Assembly: GCA_964546615.1 (NCBI GenBank)
Contig: CAZJKR010000003.1
Location: 1 to 36,758 of the forward strand
DNA: 36,758 nucleotides
Direction of reading: 5' to 3'
From: an uncultured Curvibacter sp.
GTDB taxonomy: Bacteria; Pseudomonadota; Gammaproteobacteria; Burkholderiales; Burkholderiaceae_C
Positions 9,864 through 20,373 of the stretch are shown piece by piece (positions within the stretch are counted from its first letter, which is position 1; each line of letters opens with the position of its first letter). A program made the position numbers and the translations under genes. The notes under the pieces are model-generated. The model searched no databases and was not told where the DNA came from. It worked only from the letters and a program-made list of their open reading frames with translations.

Positions 9864-10727
9864 ATGGACCACAAGAACCTCATAGCCATCGACATCCACA
9901 CCCACGCCGAGGTGAGCTGCTGGAATCCGTTCGACAACTACGGCGAAGAGTACGACCGCGCGGCCGACAAGTATTTCCGCTCCAGCCGTCGCCCGACCAT
10001 TGCCGAGACGATCGCCTACTACCGCGAGCGCAAGATCGGTCTGGTGATGTTCACGGTCGACAGTGAATCACAGCTCGGACGCCGGCGTATTCCGAACGAG
10101 GAAATCGCTGAAGCGGCCAAGGCCAACAGCGACATGATGATGGCCTTTGCCAGCATTGATCCGCACAAGGGCAAGATGGGGGCGCGCGAGGCGCGTCGCC
10201 TGATCGAGGAACACGGCATCAAGGGCTTCAAGTTCCACCCCACGGTGCAGGGCTGTTACCCGCAAGACAAGATGGCATGGCCGATCTATGAGGTGATTGC
10301 CGAGTACAAGATGCCGGCCATCTTCCACACCGGCCACAGCGGTATCGGCAGTGGCATGCGCTGCGGCGGTGGTCTGCGCCTGGAGTACAGCAACCCCATG
10401 CACCTGGACGACGTGGCGATCGATTTCCCCGACATGCAGATCGTCATGGCGCACCCAAGCTTCCCTTGGCAGGACGAGGCGCTGAGCGTGGCTACGCACA
10501 AGCCCAATGTCTGGATCGACCTGTCGGGGTGGAGCCCGAAGTATTTTCCGAAGCAGCTGGTGCAGTACGCCAATACCCTGCTGAAGGACCGCGTCCTGTT
10601 CGGTTCCGACTATCCGCTGATCACGCCGGAGCGCTGGATGAAGGACTTCGAGGAAGCCGGCTTCAAGCCCGAGGTGATGCCCGGCATCCTCAAGGGCAAT
10701 GCGGTGCGCTTGCTGGGGCTGGAGTGA
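9864..10727 (+). CDS. Amidohydrolase-2 family protein, probable 4-hydroxyphenyl-beta-ketoacyl-CoA hydrolase (CouO/PhdC-like)
   Basis: IDIHTHAE, GFKFHPTVQ, FHTGHSGIGSG, MAHPSFPWQDEALSVATHKPNVWIDLSGWSPKYFP, LFGSDYP. RBS AAGGAG precedes ATG 9864. Divergent from the fcs operon. Confidence 0.85.
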   Translation: MDHKNLIAIDIHTHAEVSCWNPFDNYGEEYDRAADKYFRSSRRPTIAETIAYYRERKIGLVMFTVDSESQLGRRRIPNEEIAEAAKANSDMMMAFASIDPHKGKMGAREARRLIEEHGIKGFKFHPTVQGCYPQDKMAWPIYEVIAEYKMPAIFHTGHSGIGSGMRCGGGLRLEYSNPMHLDDVAIDFPDMQIVMAHPSFPWQDEALSVATHKPNVWIDLSGWSPKYFPKQLVQYANTLLKDRVLFGSDYPLITPERWMKDFEEAGFKPEVMPGILKGNAVRLLGLE

Positions 10728-10798
10728 GTCGGCGTGCGTTCGATCTTGTCATGCCGCAGCCGACCTGCTAAGGTTCCCGGCTGTATCGGGAGTTTTTC

Positions 10799-11080
10799 AT
10801 GATCAGCAATTTCGAACAGGTTCACAACTACTACGAGCGCCTGGTGTTCGAGGAGGTGATGCGGCGTTCCTCCGGCTGGCCTGACATGACGCCGGACCAG
10901 CTCGCCGACGTGGCCTGCGTGGCTTTGAATCGCCTGCCGGCGCGTTACGTGCGGCACGACGTGGACCTGGTGTTCTACCTCACGGAGCAGGAGCGCAACA
11001 CCATCGAACTTTCGCTGGAGACCGCGCTGGATTACGCCTTCCGGCTGGTGAACGATCGCTCAAGCCACGGCAAGCCGTAA
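10799..11080 (+). CDS. ComFB-family protein (late competence development ComFB domain)
   Basis: 93 aa with VHNYYERLVFE...LADVACVALNRLPARYVR, the ComFB NxxE...D.A..ALN.LP.RY signature. Confidence 0.85.
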   Translation: MISNFEQVHNYYERLVFEEVMRRSSGWPDMTPDQLADVACVALNRLPARYVRHDVDLVFYLTEQERNTIELSLETALDYAFRLVNDRSSHGKP

Positions 11081-11107
11081 GCGGTCAGGCAACCCGTCAG
11101 GCTCAAG

Positions 11108-11133
11108 AAAAAGGCGGCCCGCAGGCCGCCTTT
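11108..11133. terminator. Bidirectional Rho-independent terminator
   Basis: aaaaaggcggcc-cgca-ggccgccttt between the convergent ComFB and MetE-like genes. Confidence 0.85.
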
Positions 11134-11156
11134 CCCGTTTCAGTCCGATCCGGCGC

Positions 11157-12284
11157 TCAAGCAGTGCCCCAGACTTCCTGGGCAGTTTCCACCACCAGGC
11201 GCAGCTTGGCGCGCTGCGCTTCGACGGCGATGTCGTTGCCGTGCACCGTGCTGGAGAAGCCGCACTGCGGTGACAGGCACAGCTGGTCCAGCGGCACGTA
11301 CTTGGCTGCCTCGTCAATGCGGCGCTTGAGTTCGTCCTTCGACTCCATGGCGCCGAACTTGGTGGTCACCAGGCCCAGCACCACGATCTTGCCCGGCGCG
11401 AGGAAGCGCAGGGGGCGGAAGTCGCCGCTGCGGTCGTCGTCGTATTCGAGGAAGTAGGCGTCCAGGTTCATTTCCTTGAGCAGGGCTTCGGCCACCGGCT
11501 CGTAGTTGCCGGAGGCGGCGTGCGTGCTCTTGAAGTTGCCGCGGCACAGGTGCATGGCCAGGGTCATGCCGGCCGGCTTCTGGGCCACCACCTTGTTGAT
11601 GAACATGGCGTAGCGGTGCGGCAGTTCGTTGGGGTCGTCGCCGCGCTGGCGGGCTGCTTCGCGCATCTTTTCGTCGCACAGGTAGGCCAGGTTGGTGTCA
11701 TCCATCTGCACGTAGGTGCAGCCGGCGGCAGCCAGGCTGCGCAGTTCATCGCCGTAGGCTGTTGCCACATCGTCATAGAACGCCGGGTCCAGCTCGGGGT
11801 AGTGTTCCTTGCTGATGCCGGCACGGCCGCCGCGGAAGTGCAGCATGGTGGGCGAGGGGATGGTGACCTTGGCCACGCTGCCGCGTCCCGGGGTGATCTG
11901 GCTCTTGAGGTATTCGAAGTCGGCGCGCTGAATGTCCTTGACGTGGCGCACCTTGTCGATCACACGCATGACGGGCGGCGCCAGCTCCTGGGTGCCGTCG
12001 GGCTTGACGATGGTCACCGGCACATCGGTCTTCACGCCGCCGAGCTGTTCCAGGAAGTCGACATGGAAATAGGTACGGCGGAATTCGCCGTCGGTGATGC
12101 TCTGCAGGCCGACGTCTTCCTGGAATTTCACGATTTCGGTGATCGCCTTGTCTTCCACGGCGCGCAGCTGCTCGGCCGTGATTTCGCCCTTGGCTTTCTG
12201 TTCACGCGCATCCAGCAGGAACTTGGGGCGCAGGAAGCTGCCGACGTGGTCGGCGCGAAACGGGGGCGTGGTACGTAGTGTCAT
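11157..12284 (-). CDS. Cobalamin-independent methionine synthase II family protein (C-terminal/core domain only, YxjH-like)
   Basis: RADHVGSFLRP, TDGEFRR, HLCRGN, FLEYDD and LSPQCGF (H-x-C/E/C zinc ligands). 375 aa, about half the length of MetE. RBS GGAGA precedes ATG 12284. Confidence 0.88.
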   Translation of the reverse strand: MTLRTTPPFRADHVGSFLRPKFLLDAREQKAKGEITAEQLRAVEDKAITEIVKFQEDVGLQSITDGEFRRTYFHVDFLEQLGGVKTDVPVTIVKPDGTQELAPPVMRVIDKVRHVKDIQRADFEYLKSQITPGRGSVAKVTIPSPTMLHFRGGRAGISKEHYPELDPAFYDDVATAYGDELRSLAAAGCTYVQMDDTNLAYLCDEKMREAARQRGDDPNELPHRYAMFINKVVAQKPAGMTLAMHLCRGNFKSTHAASGNYEPVAEALLKEMNLDAYFLEYDDDRSGDFRPLRFLAPGKIVVLGLVTTKFGAMESKDELKRRIDEAAKYVPLDQLCLSPQCGFSSTVHGNDIAVEAQRAKLRLVVETAQEVWGTA

Positions 12285-12490
12285 GGTGGGTGTCTCCAAG
12301 AGGTCGCTGGGGGAGGTTCGCAAACCGCCGATGATAGTACGACATTCAGGGTGCGGATCGAGCCCGAGCTATTGCCAGCCGGCATATCATGCTGTGCCTG
12401 CCGGGTCTGGCTGTGCGTGCGCAATACGCTCACAATCGGCACCGGGCCTGCAGCAAGGCGGTGACTGTCCAAAGCTTGGGAGGGATTGGG

Positions 12491-13639
12491 ATGTTTGAAC
12501 AATGGCGAGTCAGGTCGGCGGTGTGGTTGCAGCGGGCCGTGGGGGCTGCTGTGCTGTGCGCCATGCCGGGCATTGTCCTGGCGCAGGAGATCGTGCTCGG
12601 TCAGGTGGGGCCCTTTACCGTGATTCCGGTTCCGGACGCGGTGGAAGTCAATCAGGGCATCAAGGCCTATATTGCCCAGGTCAACCGCAGCGGCGGCATC
12701 CAGGGGCGCAAGCTGTCCTTGTTCGAACTCGATGACCGCTACAGCGCCGATGATTTCGTGGCCCGGTTTGCACAAGCCATGGAGCGCAAACCGGTGGCCT
12801 TGCTTTCACCCATCGGTTCGGCGGCCATCAAGCGCATGCTCGACGACAAGCTGCTGGACAAGGCGGACGTGGTCGTCATGAACGCCATCCCGGGGGCCGA
12901 GGCCTTGCGCGATCCCGGTCATCCGCGCTTGTTTCATGTGCGGGCGGGCGACCGGCAGCAGATCGAGAAGATGGTAGGGCATGCCCGTACCCTGGGCATC
13001 ACCCGCCTGGCGGTACTGCACCAGGACATCCCGATCGGTACCTCCGGCATGAAGGTGGCGATCGACGAGGTCGAGCGGCTCAAGGGGCTGGAGATCAAGG
13101 GCGTCCAGTCCACCGCGGATGTGGCCGCCCTTGCCGCGGCGGCCCAGCAGGTGGTCGGGCTCAATGCCCAGGGGGTGCTGGTGCTGGGGGCGCCGCGCTT
13201 CATGGCCGACGGCGTGGCGCAGTTGCGCAAGGCGGGGGTGTCGCAGTCGATCTTCGTGCTGTCCTATGTGCCGCCAGGCCTGATCGTCAAGGTCGCCGGC
13301 CCGCAGGCCGCGCGCGGGGTAGGCATTGCCCAGACCTTCCCCAACCCCAATGGCAAGACCCGGGCGCTGCTGCGGGATTTTCAGGCGGCGATGAAGGCCA
13401 GTTTCCCGGACCAGCAGGAGTACACCCCGTTCCAGCTGGAGGGTTACCTGTCGGCACGGATCGTCGGCGAGGCGCTGCGTCGTGCCCGTGAGGTCAGGCC
13501 GGAAGCGCTGGCCAAGGCCCTGCAGTCCATGGGTGAACTCGACCTGGACGGTTACCGGGTCGATTTTTCCAAGGGCAATGCGGGCAGTCGCTTCATTGAC
13601 ATCGCCGTCATCGGCAGCGACGGGCGCTTGCGCTATTGA
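12491..13639 (+). CDS. ABC transporter substrate-binding protein, branched-chain amino acid (LivJ-like) family
   Basis: Signal peptide ending VLA-QEIVLGQ; VNRSGGIQGRKLSLFELDDRY; LEGYLSARI; DLDGYRVDF. Confidence 0.85.
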   Translation: MFEQWRVRSAVWLQRAVGAAVLCAMPGIVLAQEIVLGQVGPFTVIPVPDAVEVNQGIKAYIAQVNRSGGIQGRKLSLFELDDRYSADDFVARFAQAMERKPVALLSPIGSAAIKRMLDDKLLDKADVVVMNAIPGAEALRDPGHPRLFHVRAGDRQQIEKMVGHARTLGITRLAVLHQDIPIGTSGMKVAIDEVERLKGLEIKGVQSTADVAALAAAAQQVVGLNAQGVLVLGAPRFMADGVAQLRKAGVSQSIFVLSYVPPGLIVKVAGPQAARGVGIAQTFPNPNGKTRALLRDFQAAMKASFPDQQEYTPFQLEGYLSARIVGEALRRAREVRPEALAKALQSMGELDLDGYRVDFSKGNAGSRFIDIAVIGSDGRLRY

Positions 13640-13841
13640 CCCCCCCGACGTGCCCTGGGTCGTAGAATGCAGGCTCCGTAGCCTACGGTGCTGGATATCG
13701 CAAATTGTTATATCAATCAGTCTGAAATTGGACTTGCGAATGATCTGATTTGCGGCGACAGTAATGCGCCTTCCCCCTGTTTGACCTGCGGGCCTGGACA
13801 GGTTGGTGAAGCGATAACTCACATATTAGGAGTCCCAACCC

Positions 13842-15017
13842 ATGAAAAAACGAGTGTTTCTCAGCGCCTCCGCCCTGGCGGTCATGGCCTTGTCTTCCGC
13901 CGCCGTGCTGGCGCAGGACACTACATTCAAGATCGGCCTGATCCTGCCCATGACCGGGCAGCAAGCGTCGACTGGCCGCCAGATCGAGGCTGCGGCCAAG
14001 CTTTTCATGGCGCAGAACGGCGACATGGTGGCCGGCAAGAAGGTGCAGCTGATCGTCAAGGACGACACCAGCGTGCCGGACGTCACCAAGCGACTGGCCC
14101 AGGAACTGGTCGTGAACGACAAGGTCAACGTGCTGGCCGGTTTCGGCATCACGCCCTCGGCCTTTGCCACGGCGCCGATCGCTACTCAGTCCAAGACCCC
14201 GATGGTGGTGATGGCGGCAGGCACCTCCAGCATCACCCTGGCGTCGCCCTATATCGTGCGCACCAGCTTCACGCTGGCGCAGTCCTCGGTCGCCATGGCT
14301 GACTGGACGGTGGCCAAGGGCGGCATCAAGAAGGTTGTGACCCTGGTCAGCGACTACGGCCCGGGCCACGATGCCGAGAAATTCTTCCGTGACCGTTTCA
14401 TCTTCAACGGCGGTACCGTGATCGAAAGCCTGCGCGTGCCGATGCGCAACCCCGACTTCGCCCCCTTCCTGCAGAAGGTGCGTGATGCCAAGCCCGACGG
14501 CCTGTTTGTCTTCGTGCCCTCGGGCGCCGGCGCAGCCGTGATGAAGCAGTTCATCGAGCGCGGCATGGACAAGGCTGGCATCAAGCTGATCGGCCCGGGC
14601 GACATCACCGATGACGACCAGCTCAACGACATGGGCGACGGCGCCCTGGGCGTGGTGACGGCGCACTTCTATTCGGCTGCGCATCCGTCGCCGACCAACA
14701 AGAAGTTCGTCGAAGCCTTCAAGAAAGCCAACAAGGGCATGCGCCCGAACTTCATGGCCGTGGGCGGCTATGACGGCATGCGTGTGATCTACGAGGCGCT
14801 CAAGACCACCAAGGGTCAGGGCGGCGGCGATGCGCTGCTGGCGGCCATGAAGGGGCAGCTCTGGGAAAGCCCGCGTGGCCCGATGTTCATCGACGCGCAG
14901 ACCCGCGACGTGGTGCATAACATCTACCTGCGCAAGGTCGAGCGTCAGGGCGGTGAGCTCTACAACGTCGAATTTGACGTCATCAAGGACGTCAAGGACC
15001 CCGGCAAGACCAAGTGA
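13842..15017 (+). CDS. ABC transporter substrate-binding protein, probably for aromatic acids
   Basis: Signal peptide MKKRVFL...VLA; KIGLILPMTG, VAGKKVQLIVKDD, SDYGPG, WESPRGP. Heads the livHMGF-like operon. Confidence 0.92.
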   Translation: MKKRVFLSASALAVMALSSAAVLAQDTTFKIGLILPMTGQQASTGRQIEAAAKLFMAQNGDMVAGKKVQLIVKDDTSVPDVTKRLAQELVVNDKVNVLAGFGITPSAFATAPIATQSKTPMVVMAAGTSSITLASPYIVRTSFTLAQSSVAMADWTVAKGGIKKVVTLVSDYGPGHDAEKFFRDRFIFNGGTVIESLRVPMRNPDFAPFLQKVRDAKPDGLFVFVPSGAGAAVMKQFIERGMDKAGIKLIGPGDITDDDQLNDMGDGALGVVTAHFYSAAHPSPTNKKFVEAFKKANKGMRPNFMAVGGYDGMRVIYEALKTTKGQGGGDALLAAMKGQLWESPRGPMFIDAQTRDVVHNIYLRKVERQGGELYNVEFDVIKDVKDPGKTK

Positions 15018-15024
15018 TGAGCGG

Positions 15025-15068
15025 TCCATGGGTGTCACCGATCCGGTGACACCCATGGATTTTTTTTT
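15025..15068 (+). terminator. 16-bp perfect hairpin plus T9 tract between the SBP and permease genes
   Basis: tccatgggtgtcaccg-atc-cggtgacacccatgga-ttttttttt. Confidence 0.85.
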
Positions 15069-15092
15069 GCCCTGACCCGATATGACCCGTCC

Positions 15093-15965
15093 ATGCTGAC
15101 AATTCTGTTTGATGGCATCGCCTACGGCATGCTGCTATTTATCCTGGCGGTCGGTCTGGCCGTGACCATGGGCCTGATGAACTTCATCAACCTGGCCCAC
15201 GGCGCCTTCGCCATGGGCGGCGGCTACATCACGGTGGTGCTGATGCAGCGCTACGACGTGCCCTTCCTGATCTGTCTGCCGCTGGCCTTTGCCGTCATGG
15301 CACTGCTGGGCGCGGTGCTGGAGCGCACGCTGTACCGGCCGATGTACAAGAAGCCGCACCTCGATCAGGTGCTGTTCTCCATCGGTCTGACGTTCATGGC
15401 GGTGGCCGCCATGGACTACTTCATGGGCTCGAGCCAGCAGATCGTCCAGCTCCCCGAGTGGCTCAAGGGGCGTACCGAACTGGGTGAAGACCCCTGGGTG
15501 CTGGGCATGGGCCACTACCGTCTGTTCATCATTGCCGTGTGTGCGGCGTTGACGATCGCATTGCAGTTCATTCTGACCAAGACCCGTTTCGGCAGCCGTC
15601 TGCGCGCTTCCGTGGATGACCAGCGCGTGGCCGCCGGTCTGGGCATCAACGTCAACATCGTCTTTCTCTCGACCTTTGCCGTCGGTTCCGGTCTGGCCGG
15701 CCTGGGGGGCGCGCTGGGGGCTGAGGTGATGGGTCTGGACCCGACCTTTCCGTTGAAGAACATGGTTTATTTCCTGATCGTGGTGGCTGTTGGCGGCACC
15801 TCCTCCATCACCGGACCGCTGCTGGCCGCCCTGCTGCTGGGCATCGCCGACGTGGCCGGCAAGTATTTCATTCCCAGTTTTGGTGCCTTCATCGTCTATT
15901 TCCTGATGATCGTCATCCTGATCTGGCGTCCGCAAGGCCTGTTCGTGCGCCAGGGGGGCAAGTAA
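15093..15965 (+). CDS. Branched-chain-type ABC permease (LivH-like)
   Basis: GLAVTMGLMNFINLAHGAF, TRFGSRLRA, VVAVGG; strongly hydrophobic. Confidence 0.93.
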   Translation: MLTILFDGIAYGMLLFILAVGLAVTMGLMNFINLAHGAFAMGGGYITVVLMQRYDVPFLICLPLAFAVMALLGAVLERTLYRPMYKKPHLDQVLFSIGLTFMAVAAMDYFMGSSQQIVQLPEWLKGRTELGEDPWVLGMGHYRLFIIAVCAALTIALQFILTKTRFGSRLRASVDDQRVAAGLGINVNIVFLSTFAVGSGLAGLGGALGAEVMGLDPTFPLKNMVYFLIVVAVGGTSSITGPLLAALLLGIADVAGKYFIPSFGAFIVYFLMIVILIWRPQGLFVRQGGK

Positions 15966-15967
15966 TC

Positions 15968-16923
15968 ATGACCGCGCAAGAATCTCTGCACGACAGCCGT
16001 CGCTGGAAGATGTGGGAGCCCTTGTTCTGGCTCCTGGCCCTGGCAACGCCCTTTGTGCTGGGCAGCCATTCCCTGATCATCAACGAGATCGCCATCGTGG
16101 CGCTGTTTGCCGTCTCGCTGGACCTGATCCTGGGCTACACCGGCATCGTGTCGCTCGGCCATGCGGCCTTCTTCGGCATGGGGGCCTACACGGCGGCGCT
16201 GTTTGCCAAGCATGTCATGCCCGACCCGCTGGCGGGCCTGGCCGTTGCCATCGTCCTGTCCACCGCCTTTGGGGCCGTCTGCTCGCTGACCATCATGCGC
16301 GGCTCCGACCTGACGCGCCTGATGGTGACCATCGGCGTCGGCCTGATCATGATGGAACTGGCCAACAAGCTTGATTTCACCGGTGGGGCCGACGGCCTGC
16401 AAGGGGTCGTCATGGGGCCGCTGCTGGGGCGTTTCGAGTTCGACCTGCAGGGCCAGACTGCGGCCTGGTATTCGCTCAGCGTGTTGCTGGTCTTCTTCTT
16501 CCTGGTCAAGCGTCTGGTGAACTCCCCCTTCGGCGCGACCCTGATGGCGGTGCGCGACAACCGTCTGCGCGCCATGGCCATCGGCATTCCCGTGACGGCA
16601 CGCCTGGCGGTCATCTACACCATCGCGGCCGGCGTGGCCGGTGCGGCCGGCGCCTTGCTGGCACAGACCACCAGCTTCGCCTCGATCGACGTGTTCGAGT
16701 TCCACCGCTCGGCGGACCTGATGTTGCTGCTGGTGATCGGCGGCATCGGCTGGCTGTACGGCGGCATCACGGGTGCGATCGTGTTCAAGATCATGCAGGA
16801 CTGGATTTCGTCCATCACGCCGCAGTACTGGACGTTCTGGATCGGCCTGTTCCTGGTGGTGCTGGTGATGGTGGGGCGTGAGCGCCTGATCCGTCCCTGG
16901 ACCTGGTTTGGGGGTAAGAAGTG

Positions 16924-16924
<1 letters not shown>
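15968..16924 (+). CDS. Branched-chain-type ABC permease (LivM-like)
   Basis: SLDLILGYTGIVSLGHAAFFGMGAY, TGGADG, SPFGATLMAVRDN, LVIGG. Confidence 0.93.
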
Positions 16925-18358
<1,434 letters not shown>

Positions 18359-18362
18359 CCTT

Positions 18363-18379
18363 GCTATCAAAAGGGTAGC
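18363..18379. repeat. GCTAY-N7-RTAGC palindromic element, copy 3
   Basis: gctat-caaaagg-gtagc followed by TGTGTGCGCC. Confidence 0.65.
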
Positions 18380-18409
18380 TGTGTGCGCCCTTTTGACAAG
18401 GGGTAGAGC

Positions 18410-19381
18410 ATGATTTCGATTTTGATCCGGCGGACTGCCGGGGTGCTGCTGGCCAGCCTGCTGGCCACGCAGGTCGGGGCGCAAGGGTTTCCCGCCAAGC
18501 CCGTGCGCCTGGTGGTGCCCAACGCACCGGGCGGTGCGGCCGATCTGACGGCACGCGCCGTCGGCCAGAAGCTGGGCGACGCCCTGGGCCAGCCGGTGGT
18601 GATCGACAACAAGCCCGGTGCCGGCGGCGTCGTTGCCGGCGAAACCGTCGCCAAGGCTGTGCCGGACGGCCATACCCTGCTGCTGATCTCCAGCGGAACA
18701 GCCGTCAGTGCGGCGCTCTTCAAATCCTTGCCCTTCGATACGGTGAAGGACTTCATGCCGGTCGCGCCGCTGGCCACCTTCGATCTGGTCATCGTGGTGC
18801 CGGAGGGCAGTCGCTTCAAGACGCTCGGGGAACTGGTGGCGCATGCCCGCGCCAACCCGGGCAAGCTCAACATCGGCACGCCCAACATCGGCACCACGCA
18901 GAACCTGGCGGCCGAGCTGTTCAAGGCGACCGCCGGGATCGATGTGCAGATCGTGCCCTTCAATGGCACGCCGGCGGTGGTCAATGCCCTGCGCGGCGGC
19001 CAGATCGATGCCGGGCTGGACATCCTGAGCCCCTTGCTGGCGCAGATCAGGGGCCGTGTGCTGCAGCCGTTGGCCGTCACCGGCGACAAACGCTCGCGCG
19101 TGCTGCCCGAGGTGCCCACCGCGCAGGAGAGCGGGATTGCCGGTTTCGTCGCGGCCTCCTGGAACGGTCTGGCCGTACCGGCGGGGACGCCACGTGAGGT
19201 GGTGGCGCGGCTGAACCGCGAGGTGGTGGCCGCGCTCAACGATCCGGTCGTGAAAAAGAAGCTTGAGGACCTCAACCTCGACCCCCATCCTGGCACGCCC
19301 GAGCAGGCCGCCGCCATGCTGAACAACGATATCAAGCGCTGGCGTGAGGTGATTGCACGGGCGCGCATCGAGAGACAGTAG
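18410..19381 (+). CDS. Bug/TctC-family TTT substrate-binding protein
   Basis: Signal peptide; FPAKPVRLVVPNAPGGAADL, GQPVVIDNKPGAGG, PDGHTLLL, LPEVPTAQESG. Confidence 0.93.
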   Translation: MISILIRRTAGVLLASLLATQVGAQGFPAKPVRLVVPNAPGGAADLTARAVGQKLGDALGQPVVIDNKPGAGGVVAGETVAKAVPDGHTLLLISSGTAVSAALFKSLPFDTVKDFMPVAPLATFDLVIVVPEGSRFKTLGELVAHARANPGKLNIGTPNIGTTQNLAAELFKATAGIDVQIVPFNGTPAVVNALRGGQIDAGLDILSPLLAQIRGRVLQPLAVTGDKRSRVLPEVPTAQESGIAGFVAASWNGLAVPAGTPREVVARLNREVVAALNDPVVKKKLEDLNLDPHPGTPEQAAAMLNNDIKRWREVIARARIERQ

Positions 19382-19416
19382 GCCTGCGTAGCGACCATTC
19401 AAAGGAGAGCGGCACC

Positions 19417-20316
19417 ATGCATCTGGATATCGGCCTGATCGGCTATGGCGAAGTTGGCAAGATATTCACCCAGGGCCTGAAGGAGAAAGGCGCCGGCTGG
19501 GTTGGCGCCTGGGATCTGAAGTTTGCCGATGCCGACGCCGGCGATGCCGAGCGCGGCCACGCCCGGGCCAGGGGCATCGAGGCCTGCGACTCGACGGCCG
19601 CCCTGTGCGGCAAGGCCCGACTCATCATCTCGGCCGTCACCGCCTCCAACACGCTGGCGGTGGCCCGGGAGGTGGCGCACAGCATCCGGCCCGGCACGCT
19701 GTTCCTCGATCTGAATTCGGCCTCGCCCGGCACCAAGGCGCAGTGCGCGGCGCTGATCGACGCCGCGGGCGGTCACTACGTCGAGGCCGGCGTCATGACT
19801 TCGGTGCCGCCCTACGGCATCCGCGTGCCCATGCTGCTGGGCGGTGTCAAGGCGACCGAGCTCGCCGTGGTCTTGAACGGTTGGGGCATGGATGCCAAGG
19901 CCGTGGCCGACCAGATCGGCGTCGCCTCGGCCATCAAGATGTGCCGCAGCGTGATGATCAAGGGCCTGGAAGCCCTGGTGATCGAGAGCTACACCACGGC
20001 GCGCGCCTATGGCGTGGAAGAGCACATGATGCCCACGCTGTACGAAACCTTCCCCGGCATCGACTGGCACCAGCAGGGGGCCTACTTCTTCAGCCGCGTG
20101 GCCCAGCACGGCAAGCGCCGGGCCGAGGAAATGCGCGAGTCCGCCAACACCGTGGCAGAAGCCGGCTTCACGCCCTTCATGGCGGCGGCGATTGCCGACA
20201 AGCACGACTGGGTGGCGCAGCAGTCTCGTGCCGGTGTGTTTGCCGGTCTCGGCAAAGAGGCCCCGTGGCAGGATTACGCCGATCGTCTGCTGCAACAGGC
20301 GCTACAAAAAAAGTAG
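19417..20316 (+). CDS. NAD(P)-dependent oxidoreductase, beta-hydroxyacid dehydrogenase fold with DUF1932-type C-terminus
   Basis: IGLIGYGEVG, LDLNSASPGTK, ASAIKMCRSVMIKGLEAL, HGKRRAEEMRE. Confidence 0.85.
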   Translation: MHLDIGLIGYGEVGKIFTQGLKEKGAGWVGAWDLKFADADAGDAERGHARARGIEACDSTAALCGKARLIISAVTASNTLAVAREVAHSIRPGTLFLDLNSASPGTKAQCAALIDAAGGHYVEAGVMTSVPPYGIRVPMLLGGVKATELAVVLNGWGMDAKAVADQIGVASAIKMCRSVMIKGLEALVIESYTTARAYGVEEHMMPTLYETFPGIDWHQQGAYFFSRVAQHGKRRAEEMRESANTVAEAGFTPFMAAAIADKHDWVAQQSRAGVFAGLGKEAPWQDYADRLLQQALQKK

Positions 20317-20317
20317 C
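20301..20317. repeat. GCTAY-N7-RTAGC palindromic element, copy 4 (supplies the TAG stop of the oxidoreductase)
   Basis: gctac-aaaaaaa-gtagc followed by TGCTTGCGCT. Confidence 0.65.
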
Positions 20318-20373
20318 TGCTTGCGCTTATCTGACGATGCTTTGAGCCGATTTTCTTTCTGATCTGGGCGCTC

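Noticed and set aside
13700-13830. Second full MarR operator upstream of the ABC operon
   Set aside because: Only half-sites (GTTATA, GATAAC) are present, with no convincing palindrome. It is mentioned only as a possibility.
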